From an uncultured virus (IMG/VR IMGVR_UViG_3300025085_000011) (Duplodnaviria > Heunggongvirae > Uroviricota > Caudoviricetes): a stretch of DNA of 64,000 nucleotides. Location: IMG/VR virus record IMGVR_UViG_3300025085_000011. One strand, written 5' to 3'. A program made the translations under genes and the position numbers. Numbering within the stretch: the stretch's first letter is position 1; each line of letters opens with the position of its first letter. Below are positions 19,440 to 29,603 of the stretch, one piece after another. The notes under the pieces are model-generated. The model was given only the letters and a program-made list of their open reading frames with translations, was not told the DNA's origin and searched no databases.

Positions 19440-19998
19440 GTTTTAGGGTTCGGTAGATCGTTGAGCGGTTTACGTTTAAAGCCTTAGCAATCTCTTTGAC
19501 AGGGACGCCTTGGCCAGCAAATACTAGAGCAATATTTCGGTCTGCGTCACCAAGTTTTGAAGCTTTCATAGTTTTGTAGGAGTTGTGGTAAGGATTGACA
19601 CACATTTTGTTACCACACGAAGGTTTTACGCACCCTTCCTTATGGATCTGTAAGTAATCTAATAACATAGGCCGTACATAGTACCTTTGTTTTAGTGTAT
19701 AAATTATAGGATTTTGGTTACAGAAAGACCCAACCCACAAATCACACTGTTTATGAGAAAAGTCATTATATGCCAATCTTCTAAACAGTTCCGATAAATA
19801 TGTCGGCGGACATAGTTCATAACCAAGGTAAAATTTATCTGCTTTCAGTGCTCTTGAGATATCAGCTGCTTGTGCTTGAGCGTGACCTCCGTCATTAGCA
19901 GTTATTAATATCTTTAGTTTAGCCTTATCCTTATCTATCACTAAGGTGTACTTTGTCGTCACAAAATAACTATACGCTTTAAAAACATGATGACACAA
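19405..19998 (-). CDS. DNA-binding protein with HNH-like Zn loop and C-terminal HTH
   Basis: SCGNKMCVNPYH and GVPVKEIAKALNVNRSTIYRTL. Start uncertain. Confidence 0.7.
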   Translation of the reverse strand: MCHHVFKAYSYFVTTKYTLVIDKDKAKLKILITANDGGHAQAQAADISRALKADKFYLGYELCPPTYLSELFRRLAYNDFSHKQCDLWVGSFCNQNPIIYTLKQRYYVRPMLLDYLQIHKEGCVKPSCGNKMCVNPYHNSYKTMKASKLGDADRNIALVFAGQGVPVKEIAKALNVNRSTIYRTLKRERIPSGTQGH

Positions 19999-20028
19999 AA
20001 AACGAGGTGTGACTAACGCCGCACCTCA
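19997..20028 (-). terminator. Intrinsic terminator
   Basis: Minus strand gaggtgcg...cacacctc followed by gtttttt. Confidence 0.6.
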
Positions 20029-20097
20029 TATTTTGTAAGTTTTGCAATTTAACGCATCTGGGATTGGCTCTGCAAACCCGGAAGGAGTTAGTTATGT

Positions 20098-20844
20098 TTA
20101 GAACTGACCCAGTTCGCGGTAGACAGCGTTAGGTAGTGTTTGACCTGCAGCTCTAATTGCCCTGGCGGTTGCGCGTACTTCATCTTGGCTTGCACCTTGA
20201 CTTAAGAGTGCTCTGACATCTTGACCACCGAAGATACCTTGAGCACCTACGTCTACAGCACCAGACAAATAATTTTTAGCAGCTGTTTGAGGAGCAGGGC
20301 TACTCGGCGTGGACAGTTCAGCTGCAGTTACACCACCTAAACGTTGATACACAGCTGCGGGTAACTCTTGAACAGTAGATCGTTGTTCAGCAATATCTCT
20401 AATATCAGAGTCAGACATTCCCTGACCTCTTAGGTAGTCAACATCTTGACCACCAAAGTAATTCTGAGCACCCTGGTCATACTTAGAGAAATTAGCTAAG
20501 TAGTCATCTTTAAGGCTTGGTTTAGTTGGTTCTGGTATCGGAGCTGCTGCCTCTGCTGCCTTTTTACTAGTGCTTGATAGAGAAAAATTGCTTTCTGAAC
20601 CCGTTGTTTCAGTTACTTCCCGAGTAGGCTGCGCTGCAGCTTTATAAGTCATTGTTCTAGGACTTTGACCTTTATAGAAAGTCTTAGTTTGTTTAGTTGG
20701 CGCTACAAAGCCATTGAAGTTTACAGACGTTTCTTCGTTATCGTCTTTAAACAAGTCAGCTAGGTTTAAACCAAAAGCACTTCCGGCCAGTCTTCCAAAG
20801 CCTTTGGAACCAGGTTTACCTTTGAAAGTTACGGAGTCAGCCAT
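20098..20844 (-). CDS. Hypothetical protein with two internal FGGQDV repeats
   Basis: GAQNYFGGQDVDYLRGQG and GAQGIFGGQDVRALLSQG. Confidence 0.7.
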   Translation of the reverse strand: MADSVTFKGKPGSKGFGRLAGSAFGLNLADLFKDDNEETSVNFNGFVAPTKQTKTFYKGQSPRTMTYKAAAQPTREVTETTGSESNFSLSSTSKKAAEAAAPIPEPTKPSLKDDYLANFSKYDQGAQNYFGGQDVDYLRGQGMSDSDIRDIAEQRSTVQELPAAVYQRLGGVTAAELSTPSSPAPQTAAKNYLSGAVDVGAQGIFGGQDVRALLSQGASQDEVRATARAIRAAGQTLPNAVYRELGQF

Positions 20845-20893
20845 ACCTGATAATTAACCTTAGGCTTTAAGTTTAGTGCATTATCGTCAGTTA

Positions 20894-21085
20894 TTAGTCA
20901 AATACCTTGCACATCGGTGCTCCTGGATGAGTATCACATATAGCGTCTAACACCTTATCCCTATGACGGTTTCTAGGGTCGGCAATATTTCCATCAGTTG
21001 TCGGATCGAACTCTTCAGGCTCATGCTTCTCGTTTGTACTGAAAGGCACCTTGAACTTTTCGTACTTATCGGTTATGTCAGACAT
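20894..21085 (-). CDS. CP12-like small protein (C-terminal Cys loop only)
   Basis: Ends LDAICDTHPGAPMCKVFD, matching CxxxPxxxxC of the CP12 C-terminus. No AWD_VEEL core. Confidence 0.6.
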   Translation of the reverse strand: MSDITDKYEKFKVPFSTNEKHEPEEFDPTTDGNIADPRNRHRDKVLDAICDTHPGAPMCKVFD

Positions 21086-21118
21086 AGAAGGCCTTTGTGC
21101 TCGGGTGAAGTCTAATTG

Positions 21119-21391
21119 TCAAAACTGTTTGTAACCAAAAAAGTCAGGAGCTGCTTTCTGGTTTTCGTTTGATGCCTCCAAAGTTTTGAACCCTGTAAAC
21201 GGCGATACAGCTTGCCTGCCCCTAAAACTACGAGCACCAGAGTCCACGTCTCCATTTTTTCTTTCTTGTACTTTCCTTAGCTCAGGAAAATAGTCTAAAA
21301 GAGTTGACTTATCGTCACTGACACTACTAGCTGGTTCAAGTGAAACTCCAAAAAAGTCTCCAGCGTAACGAGTAGCCATTCTCTTGATCAA
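21119..21391 (-). CDS. Hypothetical protein
   Basis: 90 aa ORF, probable start MATRYAG. Confidence 0.55.
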   Translation of the reverse strand: MIKRMATRYAGDFFGVSLEPASSVSDDKSTLLDYFPELRKVQERKNGDVDSGARSFRGRQAVSPFTGFKTLEASNENQKAAPDFFGYKQF

Positions 21392-21411
21392 ACAGTAACT
21401 GATCTATTTTA

Positions 21412-22332
21412 CTAGCTTTTAATAAAGAATCTTTGCAGGTTAAACCCTGGACCTACAGTGTCTTTAAGAACGTTCATGATATTCTTTGCCTCTTCGTGGC
21501 TATAGAAGTACTTAGCTTTATTTTTGTGTGGACTAAGAGTGACTAGTTTTTTTGTTCGACTGTTTAAGCAGTCGCTAACAAAAGAGTTGCCCTGAGTCAC
21601 AACCCACACCTCTTTAAATTTCAACAGAGGCATTTCTTTCGTCTCTGCAAACGTGTATAGATCTCTATAACACGATACCTTGTTATTACGTGTTATTGGT
21701 TTTCGTGTACGTTTGTGTATCTGAGTAGTAACACAAGTATTATCTTTTTCTTTAAGTGTCTCTGTTTTTGACATGACGCTTTCGTACTTAAACAGTTGTT
21801 TTTTCATGTGACGTGCTTTATTTGCTGCTGCTAGCCCTGTGTCACATAAATCTTCAGCTATACAAATCCCATACTCAAAACGAACACAACCGACATAAGA
21901 GCCGTTAACTTTTGCGGTAAATATTTCTCTATCTTTTACCTCTTCTAAATTACTAATCTCTACTGGTTGTGCTTTTTTCTCTTTTTTACCTACTACTACT
22001 TTGTTTTTGAGTTTTTCTTTAACAACCTTTATTTCTTGTGCTTCAGGAGCAGCGGCGACTAAGTCAAGCCTTGACTGCTCATGATCGGATAATGCACGAC
22101 TATCGTCCCACCTAATTTTCGCGTGGTGACGACGATGCCCAGCTTTGTTTAATTTAATGTAAACCTCAGCTACTACACCTTGACGAGGATTGTTCTGTAT
22201 ATACGACGCAGCATTTTTTGCCGCATCAGAAGAAAAGGAACTAACGCAGAAAACACTGTTGGTTTGTTTCAACGCAACTTTGTCACCTGTTTTCAGTTTG
22301 CTTGGCTGCATTCGATTTCGTTTTGTACTCAT
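21412..22332 (-). CDS. Hypothetical basic protein
   Basis: 306 aa, ATGA overlap with polA. Confidence 0.7.
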   Translation of the reverse strand: MSTKRNRMQPSKLKTGDKVALKQTNSVFCVSSFSSDAAKNAASYIQNNPRQGVVAEVYIKLNKAGHRRHHAKIRWDDSRALSDHEQSRLDLVAAAPEAQEIKVVKEKLKNKVVVGKKEKKAQPVEISNLEEVKDREIFTAKVNGSYVGCVRFEYGICIAEDLCDTGLAAANKARHMKKQLFKYESVMSKTETLKEKDNTCVTTQIHKRTRKPITRNNKVSCYRDLYTFAETKEMPLLKFKEVWVVTQGNSFVSDCLNSRTKKLVTLSPHKNKAKYFYSHEEAKNIMNVLKDTVGPGFNLQRFFIKS

Positions 22333-24224
22333 TTTTCTGCCCAGTTTGTACCGTGAGATGCGTCAGCTTTTGAAGGAACCACTTTGAGGATAGACTCCGC
22401 AGCTTCTTTCATACAGCGCTCTAATATCTCTTTGTACTCACTGACCTTGTCTTGAATTACTTCAAGGACAAGTTCATCATGCACACAAGCGACTAGACAC
22501 GCGTCATCAGTTAGGTACGGATTTAACTTTGCTAGTGACAGCTTAAGGATATCAGCACCAGCCCCTTGTATCAATGTATTGGCACAAGCAGACATCGAAG
22601 CGTCATCGTAAGAAAGCAAACGCCTTCTCCCTGTTGGGGTTCTTACATAAGTCCAACCATCTTCAACCATCGCAGCTCTTTCTCTATGCCATTGGCGAAG
22701 GCGTGGGTACGCGTTATGAAACGCTTGGTGTGAAATTTTAGCTTCTGACAGGCTTATAAAGTTGCCTGACTGTGCTGCATAGGTCTTGTATTTCCTAAAA
22801 CCCATTCCATACAACAAAGCAAAGTTCAAAGTTTTTCCTTCTTGTCTTTGAGATTTTTGTACTTCTTCCAACGGAACTTTGTAGATCAAAGCAGCTGTGA
22901 CCGTATGTAGGTCTTGACCTTTCTGAAAAGCATTTATCATTTGAGGTATACCGATTAACTCTGCCCCTAAGCGAAGTTCAATCTGACTAAAGTCACAAAT
23001 GATCAGCTCATACCCCTCTCTTGAGATAAAACACTCTCGAAACTCAGTGTGTCTTGGTATTTGTTGAGCGTTAATTGCAAATTGACTCTTTACTTTTTTT
23101 GCGTTTGTTTTCTTTGCCCCTGAAGAAGTAAACCTTCCCGAGTTGGCTCCGTACTGGTTGTAACCTGAATGAATCCTGTGGGTGATGGGATTTACATTAG
23201 AAATAAGTTTTTCAGTGTGTTCCAAGCGAGTCTCAACCTTGACTCTTTTTCTGAACAAATTAAGAAGTTCACTTGGGCTTGCGAACTCCGCCAATTGGAT
23301 CTGGTTAAGAGTCGGCTTTCCTGTTCCTGGAGCAATCGGTAATTCGATTCCCAAGGATTGGAAGCATCGAATGCACTGTGCTCCAGACCCTGGATTGAAT
23401 TCTTTCTTAGGTTTCTTGCCGATAGCGAGTGATCCATCGTCTCTCTTAGGTAGTTTTTCGTCGATAGGTAGATCGGCATCAAGCCGAGTGCAAAATTCTA
23501 GTGTTATTTCCTCTAACTCACAACGAATAGCCTCTCTTAGTGCTATCAGTTTACTAACATCTACGTTAAATCCTTTATGGCACATTAATGCCACAGGGCG
23601 GACACATTTTGACTCAAGAGTGTACAAATCAAGCAAAGATTCTCCAGCTAATTCAGATAACTGAGCGGATGCGATACTCGGTAAAATGTCTACATCTTTT
23701 GCTGCATATGTAATTTGATTGATGTCTAGTTCTAGTTGACTCCAATCAGAAACTTGTTGATCTTTACTGAGTTCAATGTCTAAACGTCTTTCTACGACTG
23801 CCTTTAGCGAACAAGACACATCAGCAAAATAAACCTTCTGAGCCTGCGGACTAACCCTCTTTTCCTTAAACCCTGCACGTAAGCATCTTTCAGCTAAGTA
23901 TGTATCAAACACCTTATTTTTATAGTCGATACCGAGCGATAGAAGGAACTGAAAATCAAAATTTAAATTGTGACCCACAAGCATCTCGCGAGATTCAATC
24001 AAATTTTTAAGTCCTGTTATGTCAGGAACCTTAAACAGGTCTAACACATAAACAGTCCTATCTTCTTCGTCTTCTTTGGTTGTACATAGCTGTAAAAGCC
24101 TCGGTTTAGCCACATGGGAATCAAGCCCCGTGGTCTCAAAGTCGAGGCAGAGTTTTGGTATATCTTGAAGTTTTTCTAAAGAGGTTTCAAATTGTTCTTG
24201 TGTTGTTGCGTAGAAGATTTTCAT
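22329..24224 (-). CDS. polA: Family A DNA polymerase (3'-5' exonuclease plus polymerase)
   Basis: LDFET, GHNLNFD, YAAKD. Motif A DFSQIELR, motif B RQEGKTLNFALLYG, motif C VHDEL. Confidence 0.95.
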   Translation of the reverse strand: MKIFYATTQEQFETSLEKLQDIPKLCLDFETTGLDSHVAKPRLLQLCTTKEDEEDRTVYVLDLFKVPDITGLKNLIESREMLVGHNLNFDFQFLLSLGIDYKNKVFDTYLAERCLRAGFKEKRVSPQAQKVYFADVSCSLKAVVERRLDIELSKDQQVSDWSQLELDINQITYAAKDVDILPSIASAQLSELAGESLLDLYTLESKCVRPVALMCHKGFNVDVSKLIALREAIRCELEEITLEFCTRLDADLPIDEKLPKRDDGSLAIGKKPKKEFNPGSGAQCIRCFQSLGIELPIAPGTGKPTLNQIQLAEFASPSELLNLFRKRVKVETRLEHTEKLISNVNPITHRIHSGYNQYGANSGRFTSSGAKKTNAKKVKSQFAINAQQIPRHTEFRECFISREGYELIICDFSQIELRLGAELIGIPQMINAFQKGQDLHTVTAALIYKVPLEEVQKSQRQEGKTLNFALLYGMGFRKYKTYAAQSGNFISLSEAKISHQAFHNAYPRLRQWHRERAAMVEDGWTYVRTPTGRRRLLSYDDASMSACANTLIQGAGADILKLSLAKLNPYLTDDACLVACVHDELVLEVIQDKVSEYKEILERCMKEAAESILKVVPSKADASHGTNWAEK

Positions 24225-24230
24225 TGGAAG

Positions 24231-24254
24231 AAAAAAGGGGTGCTTTCACACCCC
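24231..24254 (-). terminator. Intrinsic terminator immediately upstream of polA
   Basis: Minus strand ggggtg-tgaaag-cacccc-tttttt. Confidence 0.65.
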
Positions 24255-24277
24255 CGTGTAAGTTGAACGCTTGAAGC

Positions 24278-25075
24278 TCAGTTGCGACGAGTCCAGCGAA
24301 TAGCAATAAAGTCAAGGCTATCGTCCCACTTAGACATTACCTTTTTTCCCATTTCGGTAAGACTAATCTTGTAAACAGTGCGACGTAGTTGACTACCAGA
24401 ACTACCATTGTCTTTTTCAATAGTTCCATATTCAATGGTTGGTTCAAGAGAGATTAAACCCCATTGCTTAAGCAGCTTAGCGCCATCCCGCATTGCTGTA
24501 TACGTTGGAGACGTGTGGTACAACATGTTACGTGCGAGTGAAGGGTCTTTTGCAAGAGGACGATAAAAACCTTCTTCGTCCTTTTCAAAACCTCGGAAGC
24601 ACGCACATTCCGAAGACACATCAGGATGCAAAGCTAGTTTGTTGACGACGCTAGTTGCTAAGCGACGAACAGACCTATTATCAGAGGAACTAAGTCCGTT
24701 CAAGATCATCACAGCACCAACGGCGCGGATTGATTTGATGTCTGAGAGTCTTCCGACAACCTTTCCCGGATCTGTAAAAACTTCTGTTTGATCGAGATCT
24801 GAGATTCTTGTGCCTTTACGATAAGGGCGCTTACCTGTAGAACTTTTCTTTGCTGGTGCTCCGTCGATAGCGAACCGTGCGGCTAGAGATGCCAATACAG
24901 GATTTTTTGATTCAACACTTAGGTTGAATAGCTTTTTAGCATTAAACATTGCTGGGTCTACATGATCAGAGATATCAACCACTAAAGGGGTGGAAGGACT
25001 GGATGTAGTTGAGATGAGAGCCGTGGCCTCACTTTCGTCAAGCTTTGTCTCACCAATTTTAAATGAAAGTTTCAT
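24278..25075 (-). CDS. Hypothetical protein (possible winged-helix C-terminus)
   Basis: Likely start MKLSFKIG. C-terminal LKQWGLI...RRTVYKISLTEMGK. Confidence 0.6.
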   Translation of the reverse strand: MKLSFKIGETKLDESEATALISTTSSPSTPLVVDISDHVDPAMFNAKKLFNLSVESKNPVLASLAARFAIDGAPAKKSSTGKRPYRKGTRISDLDQTEVFTDPGKVVGRLSDIKSIRAVGAVMILNGLSSSDNRSVRRLATSVVNKLALHPDVSSECACFRGFEKDEEGFYRPLAKDPSLARNMLYHTSPTYTAMRDGAKLLKQWGLISLEPTIEYGTIEKDNGSSGSQLRRTVYKISLTEMGKKVMSKWDDSLDFIAIRWTRRN

Positions 25076-25214
25076 TTGTAAAAGTCTGTACCGTACCAAT
25101 ATATATTAAAGTCAATTATTAAAGCAACTTAATTTTATAGTTTCTTTATGGTTGGCTCACTGTGCTCACCATGTCACCTCAATACATTATTTAATTGATA
25201 TTTGTCATACTTAT

Positions 25215-26744
25215 TTACCTGATTGATTTTTGAAAAAGATTCGCACTATAGGAATCATTTTCTATATCTACTGGATAAACTTGATCACTAAATTCTTCCA
25301 AACTATCCGTAGCATTATCTCCGATACAAAAACTCGTCCATTGAAAACCGTGCTCCTCTTTTTCTCGTAATAATCGTTTAATAAAAGCATGCGGTGTATC
25401 GGACTGACCGTCAGTAATCATCAAAACATCTGCTTTGTTTTTTATTGTTTTCTTTTGTACCGCATGGTCCAGTACACATCCGAATCTTGTACCCCCTCGC
25501 GTTGTCCAAGTAGCTATAAAATCTATAAGCTCCATATTAGTTTGTCTGTCTTTATCTAAGACTATGCTCTGCTGGATCTCTGTGTCAAACAAATGAATTT
25601 CTATTGCTCTATGCTGTTGCATGCATTCATTAGCTACCACAAGAGAAATAGCTTTTGCCCATGTTTCCCTTTGACCAAGCATCGAACCACTCACGTCGAT
25701 ATACATAACTACTGAACCTTTCTCTAGTTCTTGTATTTTTGCCTCGTATTCTTTCACGAGTAGAGTTTTTTGTTGAAGTTTTAAAGCGAACAAAGCCTTA
25801 CCTCCTCGTGTGGCAGCTAAAGCAAGCTCAACCGGAAAAGCTTTTGTTACTTCGTCAGAAAACTTTGCGCCCACAATTTCGTCATAATTTGTCCCATACC
25901 TAACAGCTCTTTTCCTAGTACTCCATGCTTTTTTGAGAGCACCAAGTCTATCTATGACAAGCATAAGCCCTTTGTCCTTTGATAGTTTTTTAGCTAACTC
26001 TTTCTTTTCACTGAGGTCATTACCAAAATAACCAACTCCCGTTTGATCTCCGAAAGAATCAAGCCCTTTCTTTAATTGATCAGCTTGTTGTTTTGCTTTT
26101 TTAACTATTTTTTGTACTGGTTCTGTAATTGTTTTGTTTGCTTTGCTAGCTAATTTTTCTAACCGCTGCCCAAGCTCTTTTCCCCGTTTTTTTATCTCCG
26201 CAGCTTTATGACCATCACCTTTAGCTACTGATTCTTTAAAAGTTTCTCTTGTTATCTCTAAGTCATCTGCAATTTGTTGAATATCTTTTAACTGTTCTGA
26301 ACGTTCGTTGATTTCTTCGGCAATATTATTTGTGATATTGATCGCAGTGTTACCTGATAAGATCTGATCTCCTCCGGTCATCACTTTGAGTTCTTCCCAC
26401 CAAGGAGATTCAATAATGTTGATAAAAAGCTGAACCCAAAATGAATTTTCTGGTTTATATCCGACAGGTAATTTTGGTTGTTCTTCATCTTCTAAAGCTA
26501 TGTGATAACTTTCATATTCACTTACATCAAACAAAGTGTCAACATCCCCACCTTTATAAAGAAAATCAAACAGCTCTTTGCCTAAGCGAGAGATTTGCTT
26601 AATGTTATGTACTTCCTCTATGTATGTGACAAGTGGATTTCTATCTCTAACAAAGTCACTCCATAAAAAATCAGTGAGAGCATTAACTTTCAAGTAAATT
26701 GGTTCGTCGTTCGTCAGTTGAATAAAGTTCTTAGCTTTTGTCAT
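25215..26744 (-). CDS. VWA-domain protein, ViaA-like
   Basis: MIDAS DVSGS, GGT.F, MITDG, adjacent to an AAA+ gene. Confidence 0.85.
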   Translation of the reverse strand: MTKAKNFIQLTNDEPIYLKVNALTDFLWSDFVRDRNPLVTYIEEVHNIKQISRLGKELFDFLYKGGDVDTLFDVSEYESYHIALEDEEQPKLPVGYKPENSFWVQLFINIIESPWWEELKVMTGGDQILSGNTAINITNNIAEEINERSEQLKDIQQIADDLEITRETFKESVAKGDGHKAAEIKKRGKELGQRLEKLASKANKTITEPVQKIVKKAKQQADQLKKGLDSFGDQTGVGYFGNDLSEKKELAKKLSKDKGLMLVIDRLGALKKAWSTRKRAVRYGTNYDEIVGAKFSDEVTKAFPVELALAATRGGKALFALKLQQKTLLVKEYEAKIQELEKGSVVMYIDVSGSMLGQRETWAKAISLVVANECMQQHRAIEIHLFDTEIQQSIVLDKDRQTNMELIDFIATWTTRGGTRFGCVLDHAVQKKTIKNKADVLMITDGQSDTPHAFIKRLLREKEEHGFQWTSFCIGDNATDSLEEFSDQVYPVDIENDSYSANLFQKSIR

Positions 26745-27925
26745 AATGAAAACTTAGCAATAGATTTTGTAATAGAGCTTTTTAGGTTTACAAGTTGACG
26801 ATTTAGTTTTACTGCATTTCCAGCAGTTTCTATGCTTATCTTATACTTCCCCGTTTCTGTGATTACGCTTAGTTTCTCTTCAAGAGTCGAGAGATCTCTA
26901 TGAAGCTTTCGTAGCTTTACAACTGTTGTATTAAGAACAGCAAGCGTATCCCCTGCTGTTTCGAGCGCGTGGTATTCCGAATATATACCCGAGTGAGCTT
27001 GTTTGATCCCTAACAACAATTTGTTTGCAGTAGGGATTATTTGATCTAAACAATCTTTAATAACTTCAATGTCTTCTACGTCTCTATAAACAATGTGGAT
27101 AAGTGAATTGTGTAAATGCTCAGAGACTAACTCAGTGTCACCCTGAACGATTGCCCAACCCTTCATAAACTTTAAAATCTGCACTCTTCGTCGATCACTA
27201 ACCTGAATGCCTCTTCCAGCCAGTGTTGCCATAACTTGGTGAAAATTATCTAAAAACTCATCATTAATTTCAATAGAACTAATTTCCTCTTGGAGCGATA
27301 GCAGATCTCCGTAACATAGTTTTGATTCGGAAACTGGTCTTGGTTCACCGACACCTAATGCCCAGCGATCCAAAGATCTTTTTGATGTTGGCTTCCTTAA
27401 AAAGTCAACCGTGGGCCTGAACAGAAATCTATCGCAAAATGCTTGAAGAGATTCCTCTGATGGAAAAGAGTTTGTAGCTGCGACAATCGATTGAATCGGT
27501 GTCTTGATTACTTCTTTTCCGTTATTAAAAGTTCTTTCATTCAAGATGGTGAGTAGTGAGTTTAGAACTGACGAACTACCGCGAAATAATTCATCTAAAA
27601 AAGCAATGTTGGCCGAGGGTAAGTATCCGTCAACGTCTCGGGTGTACTCGTCTTCTAGTAATTTTGAGATAGCTACAGGACCAAAAAGTTCTGATGGATC
27701 TGTCGTAGGAGAGAGGAGATAGCTAAAAAATTTAGAACCATCAAATCCTTTCGATACAGCTTGTACTAACTCAGACTTACCAGTACCTGGAGCACCAAAC
27801 AAAAAAGCATTTTGACGGGTAATCAAAGAAGCTAAAAGCCCATCGATAACATCTTCTCTCTCTAAAAATCTGGCATTCAGAGACGCACGAAAATTTTGTA
27901 GATTGGCGAAGGTTGTTTTGTTCAT
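26741..27925 (-). CDS. MoxR-family AAA+ ATPase, RavA-like
   Basis: GAPGTGKS, ELFGP, GYLP, FLDE, LNSLLTILNER, DRF, SDRR. Confidence 0.9.
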   Translation of the reverse strand: MNKTTFANLQNFRASLNARFLEREDVIDGLLASLITRQNAFLFGAPGTGKSELVQAVSKGFDGSKFFSYLLSPTTDPSELFGPVAISKLLEDEYTRDVDGYLPSANIAFLDELFRGSSSVLNSLLTILNERTFNNGKEVIKTPIQSIVAATNSFPSEESLQAFCDRFLFRPTVDFLRKPTSKRSLDRWALGVGEPRPVSESKLCYGDLLSLQEEISSIEINDEFLDNFHQVMATLAGRGIQVSDRRRVQILKFMKGWAIVQGDTELVSEHLHNSLIHIVYRDVEDIEVIKDCLDQIIPTANKLLLGIKQAHSGIYSEYHALETAGDTLAVLNTTVVKLRKLHRDLSTLEEKLSVITETGKYKISIETAGNAVKLNRQLVNLKSSITKSIAKFSL

Positions 27926-27927
27926 GA

Positions 27928-29124
27928 TTAGAAATCCACAGAGTCGTCAGGTGTGCTGTCTGCTATTAAAGAATCGATGTCAGTATTTCGAGCAGACAAT
28001 AGTTCAGTTCTTTTAGTAAAAAGATTTTTTAACTGTCTAGCTCGTTGCACATAAATCGTTTCTTCTAAATTAATTCTTCTTTCTAGCTCCTCTAACTGAT
28101 GAATTTCTTCTGTAGAAGCGATAGCGTTAATTAAATCACCATAAGTGTTAGAGAGACTTAAAGAATTTTGAAGAGCTTCAAGACCTTTGGTGCTCTTCCT
28201 GTTGTCGATGATTGTCTGAGCTTCTTCTTTAATTTGATCTTTCAGATTCATATACTCCACATAAGCATCTTGCCTCTCGTGGATATGAGCTGACTGTAAG
28301 CGTTTACCTACAGTCAAGAGATCCTTTGTGAGGTTAGTTAGTTCTTCAAAACCAACGCAGTGCTTTGAGATTAGTTCTAAATTCTGCGCTGTGATTTGCC
28401 AAGAACCTCTGCGAACCGAGCCGCCAGTCTGACGGTCGCCAACTTTAGTTCCTGATCTAACATCCAAGTCATCGAGTAGTTGTGCTGTAATGTTTAATGC
28501 TTTATCTGCTGCTCCTTCTTTGGCAGCGTCCAAAACTTCTGTAGTGTTTAAGAAGGCTGCTTCCTGAATCCGAGCCTGCGGATTGCTTGGATCAGTCACT
28601 ACACTCATGCTCACGGGATTTGGTCCCACAACATATACCTGAATAGCGTTTTGAATCTCTTCCTTGGTAGGAAATAGTGTCATGTATGCACTATGAGCTA
28701 AACGAGCTTCTGTAGAACCCTCATCAAACATCGTGTTGATCAGAGTATTAACAGTCTCGGACCATTGAGCAAACTCGACTGACCAAGTCTCTTGTAGTTG
28801 ATGGTTATACTCTTTAGCTAAGCTACGGATGTCATAGATCATCACCATTGCCTTATCAAAATGATCAGCATGGAGAAAGTGAATATCCCCCTTGTTAATT
28901 GCACACTCGTCATAGAGTGCTCTCTGTTTTGTTCTAAGGTCACATAAAAATTCTTTTAGCGTGTTCGACAAAACCGATCGGATCGGTACAGAGTTTCGCT
29001 CTTTAAGAACGTCTACGACAACCTCAGGCAAATTCAAGTCTTTAAATTTGATTTGAGCGCTCTGCCTAACAGAAGCAGATATGGAGCAATGGATTAGAAA
29101 GAGTTCATTAATCATGGTGTTCAC
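27928..29124 (-). CDS. Hypothetical helical protein in the AAA+/VWA operon
   Basis: 398 aa with coiled-coil C-terminus. Confidence 0.7.
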   Translation of the reverse strand: MNTMINELFLIHCSISASVRQSAQIKFKDLNLPEVVVDVLKERNSVPIRSVLSNTLKEFLCDLRTKQRALYDECAINKGDIHFLHADHFDKAMVMIYDIRSLAKEYNHQLQETWSVEFAQWSETVNTLINTMFDEGSTEARLAHSAYMTLFPTKEEIQNAIQVYVVGPNPVSMSVVTDPSNPQARIQEAAFLNTTEVLDAAKEGAADKALNITAQLLDDLDVRSGTKVGDRQTGGSVRRGSWQITAQNLELISKHCVGFEELTNLTKDLLTVGKRLQSAHIHERQDAYVEYMNLKDQIKEEAQTIIDNRKSTKGLEALQNSLSLSNTYGDLINAIASTEEIHQLEELERRINLEETIYVQRARQLKNLFTKRTELLSARNTDIDSLIADSTPDDSVDF

Positions 29125-29546
29125 TTAATGCGACGGAAAGATGTGATGACTTTGGCTGTAACTAAATCGATTGCCCCTTTGAGTGAAAGCTTTGTCACTA
29201 AGTGCTTTCGCTCTTCTTTCGCAAGCTTGAGACTTAACTCAAGTTTCTCAATCTTTTTATCGACTGCTTCAAGACTTTTGTGAGCCGTGGGAAGTTTATC
29301 GATCCGAACGACAATGTTTGTGCGAAGGTCTGCAAACTTAAAAAGCGATTGGTCTCCTTTAAATTGTGAAAGATCAATACCAGTAGAGTCTGCAAGCTCA
29401 AGCATAGAAGTCAATTGATTTCTTGAAGCTTCGTAAGTTTTCCCAAAGCCATCATGTAGCTCGGCTAGTGCTAGGTCGCACTCATCGAATCGTTCAGCTG
29501 CAAGTCTTCCCTGTTTAAGAAGCTTACTGGTTGTTACAGGAGTCAT
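29121..29546 (-). CDS. Hypothetical coiled-coil protein, first gene of the AAA+/VWA operon
   Basis: Likely start MTPVTTS at 29546. Confidence 0.65.
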   Translation of the reverse strand: MTPVTTSKLLKQGRLAAERFDECDLALAELHDGFGKTYEASRNQLTSMLELADSTGIDLSQFKGDQSLFKFADLRTNIVVRIDKLPTAHKSLEAVDKKIEKLELSLKLAKEERKHLVTKLSLKGAIDLVTAKVITSFRRIK

Positions 29547-29603
29547 GTTTTGTAATGAGATAGGATGGTGCGCCACGTTATAGGTCGGTGCCACCTGATG
29601 AGA

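Noticed and set aside
23182..23664. 160-aa antisense ORF in polA, and similar shadows in the primase, SSB-like and AAA+ genes
   Set aside because: Entirely antisense to well-supported genes, with no motifs.
22329..24224. Unusual PolA (intein or motif B variant)
   Set aside because: Normal length, and motif B has the wild-type Phe (KTLNF).
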